Shown here: positions 51,666 to 64,000 of the stretch, piece by piece | Position numbering within the stretch: the first letter of the stretch is position 1 | How the letters are laid out: every line of letters starts with the position of its first letter | The notes under the pieces: model-generated | Seen by the model: the letters and a program-made list of their open reading frames with translations, nothing else | What the model was told of the DNA's origin: nothing | The model's database searches: none | DNA from: Selaginella moellendorffii | Taxonomy: Eukaryota > Plantae > Lycopodiophyta | DNA length: 64,000 bases | Direction: 5' to 3' | Assembly: GCF_000143415.4 (NCBI RefSeq) | Contig: NW_003314271.1 | Span: 1,198,204-1,262,203, forward strand | Translations under genes and position numbers: made by a program

Positions 51666-53173
51666 TGCTATGGATGACTGGAGCAGGTTTTCACGGTGTT
51701 GGTGTTGGAGGTCTTGGCTTAGGTTCTCACGGTGTTGGTGCTAGAAGTCTTGGCTTAGGTGCTGGTGGAACTCTTGGCCCAGATTTTCACTGTGTTGCTG
51801 CTGGAAGTTTTGGACCAAGTGCTGGTGGAAGTCTTGGTGCAGATTCTCATGGTGTTGCTGTTGGAGATCTTGGACTAGGTGCTGGTGGAACTCTTCTTCC
51901 TAGAGCAGGTGCAAGCTCTCACTGTCTTGCTGTTGGTGGAAGTGGAAGCAGTGGTAGTGGATCAGGTGTAGGAACTCTTGTTCCTGGTTTTGGAGCTACT
52001 GCAAGTTCTCATGGTGTTGCTATTAGTGTTCCTGGTGGAGGTATCATGAGTTTTGGTGGTCCAAGTGTTCATGATTGACAATCCAATTGGACTCACGATG
52101 AAGTGATGGTGCTGATTCAGGAGAAGAGGATTGAGCTCGAACAATACGAAGGCGCATCTAATAGAGAGTGTATGGTTTGTTCGAAAGAGAAGTGGGAGAG
52201 GATCTCGGCACGGCTTCAAGCTGAAGGCTATGATAGGGATCCTGAGAAGTGTAGGATAAAATGGACGAACTTGATGACTGTTTACAAAGCCGTCAAGCTC
52301 TATGATCATTCCACTGGCTGTGGCAATTACTTTGCGCTGACGACCAAGGAGCGAAGTGCTGCGAAGCTTGGAATTATTGAGAAAGAGGCTTTTGATGAGA
52401 TTGACGAGTTTCTCTCTGCAAAGCCAAATATCACTCTAGCAAAGCTTCGTGACAATAGCAATCGTCCTCCTACAAGATCTGGTGGTTCTGGCAGTGGTTC
52501 TCGTAGCAGCAACTTTGGCACAAGTATTGAAAACGAAGACAGAGGCACAGCAGAAGAAGTCCACAGTCCACTGCTGCAGCAGGAAAGCTTAGGTGACAAA
52601 GAAGCTGGATCGACTAGCCGGGCAAAGAAGAAGGCAAGAAGGAGTGATCTCCTTGCATTAGTTGATGTCCTCAAGGAAGGGAATGAAGCATCGCTCAAGA
52701 TGTTCACTGCTGCTGAAGAGACGAGATTGAAGCTGCATCAAGAGCAAATGGAGCTGGAGAAAGAGTCCATTCGCCTCGAGCAAGATCGATTAGCCATGGA
52801 GAAGGAGACAAACCTTGGCATAACCACAGCTTTAGCTGCAATAGCATCTGCGATCCAGCAAGGTAGGATAGAAGCATTCATGTTAGATTTAATTGGTATC
52901 TTCCTTTCTAACAATCCTTTTCTGGTTAATAGGTTTGCATTGTTAGTGAGTCATTGGGGAACAAAAAATAAAAACCTGAATAAAGATAGCTAGTAAGTAT
53001 AGTTTATGTTCTTTTCTTTCTCAAAATGCTATTATATTTTCAGGAAATGGATCCCCTTCACCTTGTGTTGCTGGTCTTGGTTATACGCCATTAGATATCA
53101 ATACAAAAAAGGGATCAAGAGTTCCAAGTAAGGCAGCAACAAATAAAGAAGAAGAGAAGACAAGTTATAGATA
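51666..53173 (+). pseudogene. Harbinger Myb/SANT (trihelix-like) DNA-binding protein with Gly-rich N-terminus
   Basis: NWTHDEVMVLI..KEKWERISARL..GYDRDPEKCRIKWTNL..YK. In-frame TGA at 52076-52078 separates the Gly-rich part. Probable intron 52863-53043. Confidence 0.8.
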
Positions 53174-54414
53174 GCTTAGTGGAAATGGATAGACAGGAGC
53201 AGAAATGACTGATGCAACTGCGGTCTTTTCACTCTCATGTCGTGGCTGCTACATCAAGTTCTCAACAACCACAGCTAGAACGGATTTGGTGGGTGAAACC
53301 ACGATCAACAGTGTGGTTTGATAGGTTTGTGGATAGATACTACGATGACATGTGGTGGAAGGAGAACTTTGGAATGAAAAAGCAAACTTTCAACAACTTG
53401 GTTGATTGTTTGCATGACTCAATCGTGAAGCAGAACACACACTACCGCATGGCTATATTAGTTCGTGTTCGTGTTGCATGTGCCATCTACAAGTTCCGGC
53501 ATGGATCCAAGCTTCTTTCATTGTCCGAGAGGTTTGGGATTGGGAAGAGTACAGCATTTGAGGTTATCAAGGAGACATGTGCAGCAATTCTTGAAGTCTT
53601 TGCAAATGTGATCAAGTTTCCTACATCATCTTCAGATCTGAAAAAGGTTATAGATGGATTCCAAGGGATTACAAAACTACCAAATGTTGCAGGGTGCATA
53701 GATGGATCACAGATAGAAATAGAAAGACCGTGGGATGATCCTGAGGTCTACTTCAAGCACCATCGCTATAGCATCACATTACAAGCCATTGTGGATAGTA
53801 AGAAGAGGTTCTTGGATATTTGTTGTGGCTGGCCTGGAACAGTTCATGATGGACGTGTGTGGAAAAACAGTAGCTTTCGACAGCGAGTACTACTTGGAGA
53901 AGTCTTGCAACAGCCAGTGATGGAGTTTCCAGAGATCCCAGATGTTAGTTTGAAGCCATATCTACTTGGTGATAAAGGGTATCCTTGCAACATTGCGATT
54001 ATGACTCCATTCCGACGCTCGGCAAACTTGAGTATCTTGAAGCAATTCTTCAACAATGAACTCTCCGAGGCTCGGCAAATTGTCGAGTGTGCTTTTGGCC
54101 TTCTAAAAGGTTTGAATTGTTTCTTCAATGTTCTATTTCTTACTTAGTTTTTTTTTTCAGGCAAGTTTCAAATCCTAAGTAGCAAAATCAGGATGCAACC
54201 AAGCGATGTTGTCGATGTTATTTATGCATGTTGTTTGCTACATAACTACCTCATCGATAGTGGAGATGCAAATGTTGATGAAGAAATTGAGGAGTTAAAC
54301 TTGCACCAAGCCATTGATGAAGATGATAGAGACAATGCTGGAGGTGGCCACCAAAATGAAGCAGATGGAGAGGAGTTACAAGAAAAGCTTCTTCACTATT
54401 TATCAAGAGCTTAA
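53047..54414 (+). pseudogene. Harbinger DDE transposase (HARBI1-like)
   Basis: GCIDGSQI, GWPGTVHDGRVW, LLGDKGY, RQIVECAFGLLK|GKFQIL with intron 54110-54160, ACCLLHN. Two N-terminal stops (53092, 53206). Confidence 0.9.
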
Positions 54415-55562
54415 GCTTGAAGAGAAATGGTAACTATTTGTTTTTTTAGTGTTACATGTGTAAGATCTCGTGAGAAGCTATGGCAGTAAAGCATGAATTG
54501 CAAGTGTCTCTACCAAGAATAATCCAACGGTTTTCTTAAATAGATTCATATGATATTGCTAGAGCAAGAGGGAAATTTCGAGCTAGCACTGGATATTTTG
54601 AGATGATTAAATTGAGCAGTAGCATTGCAACATTGGATCACCAGTAGCAACATCACATAACTGTGATGAAAGATCTTTGCTGGGAAATTTCAAGCTAGCA
54701 CTGGATATTTCAGGGCATAAATGGTTAAATCCAAAGAAGCACCACCTTTAAATGGCATGTTGTAAAAGGTAGCTGGTGTGAATATAGCATCATTAAATTA
54801 GCTAATTTAATGGGAGTGTGAACTGGTTAACATTGTCCAAAGTTTTTATCACCCAAAATGACTAATAACTACTAATGCTATTATTAACTAATATTGGTGT
54901 GAAAAGAATAACATTAAAATTTTAAATTAGGCTAAAATCCTCTGATGTAAAAGCCCTAAATTAATGGTGGGTGCGAAAACCCCCTTACATCCTATGCTTT
55001 GAGATCTTTCCTTTTCCTTCTATTTTGTTTTTTATTTTATTTTCTCTACTGTTCTCCATCGTTTTTTCATGTTTTATCCAGTAACTTAAGTTTCTTCCAA
55101 GTTTAATTCATTAGACTATTTACTGATTTTTGTTTCACTATAAATAAATTTCATATCATTGAGTTCTAACACGGAGTATTTCGTGTTTTTATTACAAACT
55201 AAATGCTTAACTATTAGCTAAAGTTGTAGTTGATTAATTCAATTTGATATTTTTATTTTAGTTATAAAATTTAATTTTCTTTTCTTATAAAGTTATTAGA
55301 TAATTAAAAAACTACTAATAAAGTAAAAAGAAATAATAATTATTTTGCCATTTGTTTGAGCACTTATTTATTCTAGAAATATGACTTTGATGGTAATAAA
55401 AGTTTTTAGATGAATATGTTTTACCTTATATAATTTTTATTCTACAATTAATATGCATAAATTAAAAACTTTTATTTATTTTATCAATTTAAACCGCTAT
55501 TTCTTATATAGAGATTTTATTTTAAAAGCATCTAGCAAATAAAAATAGATAATATATAAAAA

Positions 55563-56270
55563 TTAACTATTACATAAAATATGATTATGTGTTTTAGATT
55601 CCCATAAAACTTTATTTGGGAATTTTAATTTATAAATAACCAAATTACAGTCATTTTGAACTATAAAATATGTTGGTAGAAAGCACTCAAGCGTAGGATT
55701 GCAATGCTTATTTGATGACCATAATAATTTCTTATTATATTTTAAATCTAAATTTCCATTATTCTGTAATTTTAAAATACAGTTAAAAATAATTTTAGAA
55801 GAATATGATATTTCCCAAATTTTGTTATACTTTGAGTATAAAATAAGCACACAATTTACTTTTAAAATTAGTATATTATTGCCATTAGGTGAAACTAAAA
55901 AATTATCACTATGAATAATTTGATTAGAGTATAAAATACTAAATCGTAGTTGGCAATAAAATGAATTCTTAGCAACATCTATATTTTTTGAGTTTGTATA
56001 TAAAGAACTAGAATCATCTTTTTTTAAGATATATTTCAATATATATTTAGAACCTTCTTTTTCATATGAATCTGCACAATTCAAATTTATATTATCTACA
56101 TTGAAAGATAATATATTTCGAAAACTATTTATTATTTTTTTACCTATAATAGTTGCACCTGTATTTTCAACAGAACATTTATCTTTACATTGAATAATAA
56201 CTGACATAGTTCCACTTGAAGTAATAACTTCAGTTTCATCTGCATAAGTGGTTGAATATAATGTATTTAT
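55563..56270 (-). CDS. Terminal exon or ORF of a protein with a C-terminal bulb-type (GNA-related) lectin domain
   Basis: LVSPNG..LIL..NC.LILY, LKLQNNGNL, LWSSN, VQNDCNLVIY (QxDxNxVxY), VLWES.T. Frame is open upstream of the listed Met; 5' exons may lie in or beyond the gap. Confidence 0.7.
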   Translation of the reverse strand: MNTLYSTTYADETEVITSSGTMSVIIQCKDKCSVENTGATIIGKKIINSFRNILSFNVDNINLNCADSYEKEGSKYILKYILKKDDSSSLYTNSKNIDVAKNSFYCQLRFSILYSNQIIHSDNFLVSPNGNNILILKVNCVLILYSKYNKIWEISYSSKIIFNCILKLQNNGNLDLKYNKKLLWSSNKHCNPTLECFLPTYFIVQNDCNLVIYKLKFPNKVLWESKTHNHILCNS

Positions 56271-56524
56271 GCTTAATTTTATCTAATAACTTATAAAACA
56301 GCAGTAATAATATTACCAATTTCATGTGCATGTAAAGCATTTACTCNNNNNNNNNNNNNNNNNNNNNNNNNNNNNNNNNNNNNNNNNNNNNNNNNNNNNN
56401 NNNNNNNNNNNNNNNNNNNNNNNNNNNNNNNNNNNNNNNNNNNNNNAAAGAAAAGTCTTTCCCAGACGGCAGTGCCGCGAAGGTCTCAATGTGGGACACG
56501 GTCACACACTTTCAATAAAGAGCA

Positions 56525-57455
56525 TGGAAGCACCACTAGGAAATAATCGTGCATCAGTGCATTTCGTCACCAATTCCTAGGATTTTGGCAGTAACTTAAG
56601 ACTTTAATATGTGCTCTAAGTGGTGTGACTTCCTCTCTAGCTTTAGACACAACTCCCATTCAGATCATTAAAGCCATTTTTGCTCTTGATCAGAGTGCAT
56701 TCATCATCCCGGTAATGATTGTAGGTATTGATATGGAGACACTTGTCGACTCTAGCTCAGCCATAACCATCCTTTCCTAAACATTAGCTCAATAAATCAC
56801 CTTTAAGATCAAAGAGTATTCAAAGGTTGTCTTTAAGACCTTTATAGATCACACAGGGGCTTTCGTGGGGATTTGGTGAGATATTCACATTCTAATGCAT
56901 GGGTATGAGTTGATAGTAAACTTCCTTATCATGAATTATTCTACTTTAGGAGCCTCTACACAAAAGAAGTTAGTTAGGCTATAGCTAAATGCAATATTTT
57001 GCTTCTTTGACTTTGAGAATAACCAATTGTAAATTGAGTAAGGAAGTGATAATCCTTAATGCCAAAAGCTAAGCTTTGGCTTTTAAGGATGTGAGTTAAC
57101 TTACATCTTTATAACAATCTAAATCATACATCTACATGATAAATGAGTCTTAACCTTTGTGATGCAACATAATTGATTTCTTTGCACACTGACTAAATAA
57201 CTTTATTGCTCAACTTCTCTATCCACTATACATCACTATATTCAAGGAGGCAAAAGATCTAAGTGAGATTCTTATGATTCCAAAAATGCTCATAACAACT
57301 TTGGAAAGTGACTTTCTTGAAATAGATCACATAGGAGGATGTTCTAAAAGACCTTTTTATACAGTTAGAGGTGTTAGATCCAATTCTTTTCAACTAAGAA
57401 ATTCCACACAACTCTATTTATGATAGTAATATTTATAAGAGTTTTCTAGTAAAAA
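56525..57455 (+). pseudogene. Decayed retrotransposon aspartic-protease region (paralog of 39780-40680)
   Basis: FIIPVMIVGIDMETLVDSSSAITIL retropepsin-like motif at ~56700-56775. Confidence 0.65.
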
Positions 57456-57489
57456 GAAATGTCATTATTGCTAGTACTTCCACACCTCC

Positions 57490-60486
57490 ATTATTATTTA
57501 GGTCACCACACTTTAACCATATGCCTTATAGCTTAGGTTATATCATTCCTGTTTCTATTGCAATTCCTTTCTCATAAACCCACTAACTTGACCTCAAGGC
57601 ATCACACCTTGGCATATATAATGTTTTAAAACCATCAGTTTATGAGTATACCCTTATGACACTTTCTACTTGTGTCTAGGTCTTTGCCAAGATAATAGTA
57701 ATTGTTTTTTATGCCAACTATCAACTAACACTTGAACACAATGTTTACACACAATTCCTCACCAAAGTTGCTTTCTTCTGTAAACACATTTCGATGACTT
57801 TAGTATGGCACATTTTGCCATTAATGAGATAACTTTTAGGATCATCCCTTGACTCTACTGAGTCATCAAACTTTTAGACTTTGCTAATTTGACAATTTGT
57901 AACATCCTAGTTTTATGGCTACTTTTGAAGTCTTAGTTTGTTAGAATATAACTTCTTGTATTATGTTTTACTCATAAGAACTATCTTTACAAATATTACT
58001 CCAACATTTGATTATTCTTTGTTCCCTGTGTACTTCCTTTCCCCCATAGGACTATTTGTCTAAATGACGAGAATTCTAACTCATCCTTTAAATACACCCC
58101 TAACTCTTTAAGTTGTTTCAGCATGTTAAAGGTAGCTTTAGTTACCATTTCAAGGATCTGTGTCCTCTTCCATATTTGACCTCCTACGTGTAAGCAACCA
58201 AAGGGAACAACTCGAAAGACGATACATAAGGGTTCAAAAAAGTCCCATGAATAAAAGTGCACCCCCTTTTTCAATTAATTAATAGTTTTGGGATATTTGG
58301 GGTTAAGCGTCTTTGGGTTTGAATAATACTGGGCTGGGTGACCTCCTAAAATGTCCAAATTCAAGAACTTACTTTTGGTATTAGAAAGGTCTTAGGTCCG
58401 ACTTTGTTGGTTCGCTAAAGAAATTGCACGTGTTGATTGACATCTAGTAGATCCAATTTGCTCCTATTGAGCTCGACATAAGGGATAGGATGTCAAGAGA
58501 GTGGGGCTCTCAAAAGAGCTGTAGCTCTCAGCTTTTGTTCACAAGGGCGTGAACTTGCAAGAAAACGTGGTGGATTGTAAGTAACCAAAAGGAACGATTT
58601 GAGAGACGACTTATAAAAATTCAAATATAAAGGGAAAGGGCCCATGAATAAAAGTGCACCCCCTTTTCTAATTAGTTAAAAATCTTAGAATATTTAGGGT
58701 TAAGTGTCCTTGGGTTTGAATAGTACTAAGCTGGGTAACATCCTGGGAAGTTCAAATTCAAGAACTTACACCACGGTCATTAATTCTCATCTCAAATTCA
58801 TGAGTACTATCCTTAATTATATGAGAATAATCTTATGACTCTTTTATTGTCTCGAAGTCTTCATCCTTCCCATAATCCCAACTATAGTTATTTACCATAA
58901 CTATATTAACCAGTTTGCTAAGTTAAATGTTTATTTGAATCACATCCTCAACTCTCTAAGGAAAATCTTATATTGTTCCTAATATCCCAAAATTATTCTT
59001 TTATTGACCCCTTTTTTATCCACCATATTGCATACATGTTCACGTATAAACTAAAGTGGAGAGTCATGCCTTCTACAGATGCTACTTCTCGAGGATAGAC
59101 CCACTTCTGGGACTTCTTGATGCCAATATAAATGGTAATATACTTTACCACCAATAAAAGTTAGATTAAGGAATAACTCTAATACCAAATTTTAAGTGAC
59201 TAAATTTTCTATTCTACTTTAGTCACTTAACCACAACTCCAACCACTTGGAGGAATCTCACTCATAACCTCTATAAGTCGTGTTCCGGACTTAGGGACTT
59301 ATTAGCTTCATAAATAGCATCTATGCCATTCAACATTTGCACTTGGTCCAAGTGCTCTATGTATTTGATTTCATGATTGACACCTCAAAGGTAGTCTTAG
59401 ACCACCCATGCTATAATCCTATCTCTCAAAGACTAGACTATTCGTCTATGAATGGTCATCCTAGAACCACTTTTTAACATACTTAGAATGCCCAAAGATA
59501 TGAGAAATAACTTTCCCGAACATCCCTTTTTTGATCCCCACCATGTCCCTTTCTGTCCTAGCCATGTTCGCTAACATTACCACTAAGTTAGGGTATAAAG
59601 GTATGTTTTATTGACCTCTAGGACTTCCTTGCCATATGATTGCATCTTGGTCATTACACAAAAGGACTATTCCTCTTCCTTTCTATAGTGTGGAACTTTG
59701 GAATAATATTTTGAAACACCATAGCCTTATGCAAGCTTCATAGGTACTTTCCCCACTTTTTGTCTTTAAATGCCTTAGCTATGTGGTTAGAATAAGGTTC
59801 TAATGAGCCATGCCAAGTATCTAAGTAAGTAGTGCTACCCACACTTGGATTGAGAGCATTGACAATTTAATTTCCCGANNNNNNNNNNNNNNNNNNNNNN
59901 NNNNNNNNNNNNNNNNNNNNNNNNNNNNNNNNNNNNNNNNNNNNNNNNNNNNNNNNNNNNNNNNNNNNNNNNNNNNNNNNNNNNNNNNNNNNNNNNNNNN
60001 NNNNNNNNNNNNNNNNNNNNNNNNNNNNNNNNNNNNNNNNNNNNTCCCCTTTTTATACTTTTGGAGCTCACCAATTGCTTTGGGCTTTCACCTTTGGACT
60101 TGAACTCAATCTTGGTCTCAATCTTGGTTTCTTTCTCAACCTTAACTTTAGACTTCATCTCAATTCCATCTCGAATTCCATATTGGGTCCATTTTGAACT
60201 CCATTTAGAACCCCTTCTCGGACTCCTTGGATTCGTTTCTGACACTTTTATGTGTCACGACACTTGCTATATGTTAGTCTTTTTTATGTCTTTTTTTAGA
60301 AATTTATTTACCAATTGCTTTATGCTCATCCTTCAAACACTTTGTTTAGAATTCCACTCCCACTCTCGACTTTCCAAATTAAAGTCTTTAATCTAAACAT
60401 GTTATGCTTATTAGACTTCTGTTTCAACCACTACCATGTGACACCCTTTCTACTCCACTTTGGGGCTTAGGGATTTGTGTCTCACA
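57490..60486 (-). mobile_element. Old, AT-shifted family A element (5' LTR 59191-60486 plus partial internal region)
   Basis: Reverse complement of 28064-30860; PBS remnant TGGTATTAGAG at ~59177-59187. Confidence 0.85.
58189..58770 (+). mobile_element. Complete Cassandra-type TRIM (5S rRNA-derived LTR core)
   Basis: LTRs 58189-58373 and 58576-58770; PBS TGGTATTAGA; PPT GTGGTGGAT; TSD CTACG/CCACG. LTR core GGTTAAGCGTCTTTGGG..GAATAGTACT..GCTGGGTGACCTCCTGGGAAGT matches the plant 5S A-box/IE/C-box segment. Confidence 0.9.
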
Positions 60487-60766
60487 ATTAGCTTGATAAA
60501 AACCTTTATGTATTAAGACTAGTCTTTCAATATCACTAGATAATAGCTTACTGTGTTTGCCAAACACCCTTGCTGTCGTACCCTTTGTATTAATCTTGTT
60601 CAATTCCAATTGCTATTTATAGAAAGTGTTTAGATTTTCTAATTAGGCATATTTACAAAATGTAAAGATTATCCTGAACACAATGGTGTTAATCCTGTGT
60701 CCAAATTTATAATCTAAAGGCATTCCATATTTAGTAAGTTTCAATCTTGTCCTAGATACTAACTCC
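60487..60766 (-). repeat. Family C fragment
   Basis: Reverse complement of ~36170-36448. Confidence 0.8.
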
Positions 60767-61920
60767 TGGTAAGCGGGGGGTTTAAGGTTTAGGGGGTTTT
60801 AGAATATTATACTAAATATTTTAATTGGAATTATAAGCATATAGTTAAAAAAAAAATTTGTTAATATTTAGATAGATTTTTTGCAATAAATAAAAATAGA
60901 TGGTTTAACCATCTCCAAATTAAAAAAAGAGTATTGTTATTTTAAATGAAAAGTTATAGGTATTGATGCTTAAAACTCTTAATTATAAAATCCTTATACC
61001 TTTCCCTTTCTAAGTGTAAAAACTATTAAAAAACTTATACCTTCTTTATGATAAAGATAGGAAAAAAAAATTGGATGTTATCATTTTTCAGATGATAATT
61101 TCTCAACATTTTTGGAGGAAAAAATTGAATAAATTTTGACAAAAAATACAAACATTAACTATTAATACAAATACTATTATCTAAAGCTGTAACACAATCA
61201 ATATTAAAATGAAGAAGTATTTTACATAAGCCATTTAAAGATTTTTGAATCTTCTTATTCAGTATTTATTACCTTAACTTAAATGTCTTTATTTGACATC
61301 AAATGAGTGATAAAAGTGTCTTTTGGGAAATTTTTTATACATTAAATAATGTTTTTATCTTTAATTTCTACTTAATACACTTCCAGATAAAGAAGATTTA
61401 TAAATTATGATGGGCTAGCAATAAGGGCTGTAAAGGTCGGGCCAAGTCATTTGGCACATAGTTCGGTACTCATTCTCAAATTGCTCAAGGCACGAGAAGG
61501 TCGGCACAGATTCGTGCCGACCTTCCCGTTCATCATCCCTTAGATGCCGTATAAGCAAATAATGAGGAAGATTAAAAAGCGAGTGTTGCTAGTGGTTCTC
61601 TCATTGGTGGAGATGCTGGTTTTAAGAACTTTCAACTCCATTACTTAGACGACTCACGAGTCTGTTTCTCTTTTACTTTCGATGTGATGCGGAGCCGCGG
61701 ACACGTTTGTCCATTTGATTGCTTTGACAGTACTCGAACCTTCAACCTGCCGGCTGTTGCCCTAAAAGGGCTTGGGAATGGCGCCCTAGGTCGCGCTGGA
61801 GCGCAGCGGCGGACAACTCCAGGTACGTGATCAGTCCTCTTGACGGCCGAATTCCCCAAGATCCAAGGCTGAATTGACGCATTCTCTGGCCAGGAGCTCC
61901 AGATTTCAGTGCTCGCGGCC

Positions 61921-63913
61921 ATGGAGGGGACGCAGAGGCTGAGGAGGGGCGACACCTATGGGAGCTGGACAGTCCTCGGCGTCGGCCTGGATCGAGAGGG
62001 CGCCCTCGCCAAGCTTAGGGGACTGGAGATGCGGCACAAGCGTTGCGAGAGCCCCACGACGACGCTCTCAATTGGCATGGAGAGCTTGGGCGACAGTGGA
62101 TCTCCGGGCGAAGCCGCCGCTCCTCCCCCTAGCCTCAAGAAGACCCTCTCCTGGAGCAACTTTGACAAGCTCTCGAGCTCGCCCGTGAGCATCAAGAGGA
62201 AGAGGGACGCGGCTGGAAGCTGGGAATTTGGCGAGCAGGAGATCGTCCTGGCGCTTGGGAGCTCGCCCCCGGCTAGACCCAGCGTCGCTCTGGGTCTTGG
62301 GCAGGCCGACAGTGGGAGTGGCAGCGGCAGTGCGTGCTCGCCATCGATCACTACCGAGTCGGACATCGGCTTGAAAAAGTTCTCGGTTTCGCTCCCTCAA
62401 GACTCGCTGTCGCTGAGACTCTCGAGAAACTCGGACGAGGACAAGGATGGTGGGCTCTTCCTGGGGATCNNNNNNNNNNNNNNNNNNNNNNNNNNNNNNN
62501 NNNNNNNNNNNNNNNNNNNNNNNNNNNNNNNNNNNNNNNNNNNNNNNNNNNNNNNNNNNNNNNNNNNNNGCATCTCTCCCGGAGCAGGAAGAATATCACT
62601 CTCACTCGGAGAACGATCCAGACCTGGACATCGACGTGAGGACCGGTGCCGGATCTGACAAAGCTCCCAAAGCTTGCAAGTTCGCGGGGTGCGGGAAGGG
62701 CGCTCGAGGAGCCTCGGGGCTGTGCATTGCTCACGGTGGTGGCCGCCGCTGCCAGAAAGATGGCTGTAGCAAGGGAGCTGAGGGGAGGACCGCGTACTGC
62801 AAAGCTCACGGAGGTGGACGGCGGTGCCAGACTTTGGGCTGCACGAAGTCCGCCGAGGGAAAGACGGACTTGTGTATCGGGCACGGAGGTGGCCGGCGCT
62901 GTGCCTACGAGGGATGCACCAAGGCTGCCAGGGGACGCTCCGGCCTGTGCATCAAGCACGGCGGCGGGAAGAGATGCCAGCACGAAGGATGCACCAAGAG
63001 CGCCGAGGGGCTGTCCGGCCTTTGCATCTCTCACGGTGGAGGGAGGCGCTGCCAGGTTCCCGGCTGCACGAAAGGCGCTCAAGGCAGCACCATGTTTTGC
63101 AAGGCTCACGGCGGCGGCAAGAGGTGTATGATCGAGGGCTGCGGCAAAGGTGCCGAGGGGAGCACTCCGCTTTGCAAGGGACACGGTGGTGGAAAGCGGT
63201 GTATGTTCGAAGGTGGCGGGATTTGTCCGAAGAGCGTTCATGGAGGGACGCAGTTTTGCGTCGCACACGGCGGCGGGAAGAGGTGCGCGGTCCAGGACTG
63301 CTCCAAGAGTGCGAGAGGGAGGACTGCCTTTTGCGTCAAGCATGGCGGAGGGAAGAGGTGCAAGACGGAAGGATGCGGCAAGAGTGCTCAGGGGAGCACG
63401 GACTTTTGCAAGGCTCACGGGGGTGGCAAGCGGTGTACTTGGGGACAGGAAGGCTCGCTCTACGGACCCCGGGAGGGGAGCTCGGAGCTGTCCAAGGGGC
63501 CGTGTGACAGATTTGCGAGGGGAAAGCTGGGACTTTGCGCGGCTCACAGCTCGATCGTGCAGGAGGAGAAGGCTAGCGGGCTTGCTCCGGGGCTGTTCAA
63601 GGACTTGGTGTCGCAGTCGAGTTCCGGCAGCATCGTCTACCAGTCTACTGCTCCAGCGTCCTCCTCGGTTGTTCTTGAGCAGCAGAATCACTACAGGTTT
63701 CTACAGGAGGGCGGAAGCGGCGACATCAACAAGTGCTGGAGCACGACGATCCAAGAGCAGCAGCAAGGCTTTCAGCAGCAGCAAGGATTCCATCATCCGG
63801 TGGTGGTTCCAGTGGCGACCAAGAGCTTGTTCGTGCCTGAGGGAGTTCCGGAGGGGAGAGTTCATGGAGGGGGTCTCTTGGCGTTGCTGGCTCAGCAAAG
63901 AAGCTCTGGCTGA
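61921..63913 (+). CDS. WRKY19-like CCCH zinc-finger repeat protein (C-x4-C-x10-C-x2-HGGG repeats; 'loricrin-like' plant family)
   Basis: Ten canonical HGGG repeats plus one variant, and the conserved C-terminal PEGRVHGGGLLALL. GC-rich and intact. Spans N-gap 62470-62569, which explains the frame change. Confidence 0.9.
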
Positions 63914-64000
63914 GAGAGAGCTCCCAGGAAATTGGATTGCCCTCTCTTGCGATCGAACGGGCGAGCGCGACGTGAGAGGTTTGTAATTATATTCATCTTT

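Larger units (their letters stand above)
51239..54984 (+). mobile_element. Complete PIF/Harbinger DNA transposon, 3.75 kb
   Basis: Perfect 24-bp TIRs GGGGGTTTTCGCACCCACCATTAA, TTA TSD on both sides, Myb/SANT ORF plus DDE transposase. Confidence 0.95.

Noticed and set aside
58301-58356. 5S rRNA gene
   Set aside because: Only the internal-promoter segment is present, diverged and embedded in LTRs; it is Cassandra-derived.
60767-60802. Telomere-like GGTTTAGGG stretch
   Set aside because: Only one exact unit; too degenerate to call.
62351-63691. 446-aa antisense ORF and alternative-frame ORFs over the zinc-finger gene
   Set aside because: Shadow ORFs of a GC-rich repetitive CDS.

Overview
Repeat-dense land-plant nuclear DNA (about 90% transposable elements, three N-gaps). 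The ~50-bp introns suggest a compact-intron lineage such as a lycophyte (inference). It holds six LTRs or elements of one non-coding LTR-retrotransposon family ('family A'), including a full-length copy at 28064-35384 with a GGTAC TSD. It also holds two Cassandra-type TRIMs with 5S rRNA-derived LTRs, a second TRIM, Ty3/gypsy remnants, an L1-type LINE and a complete PIF/Harbinger element. The two probable host genes are a bulb-type lectin ORF and a WRKY19-like CCCH-repeat gene. The standout is a 12.5-kb TIR DNA transposon (6204-18675) with a Sola-like/DUF7869-type transposase. It carries a divergently transcribed multi-exon cargo gene with ParB/Srx-like, DNA-methyltransferase-like, acidic and FCP1-like phosphatase regions. 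The element also contains about 20 copies of a 24-bp palindrome (AATGGCRTG-n-GGCC-n-CAYGCCATT), several inside the cargo gene's introns. This is a candidate self-targeting (anti-silencing or parS-like) protein/site system.
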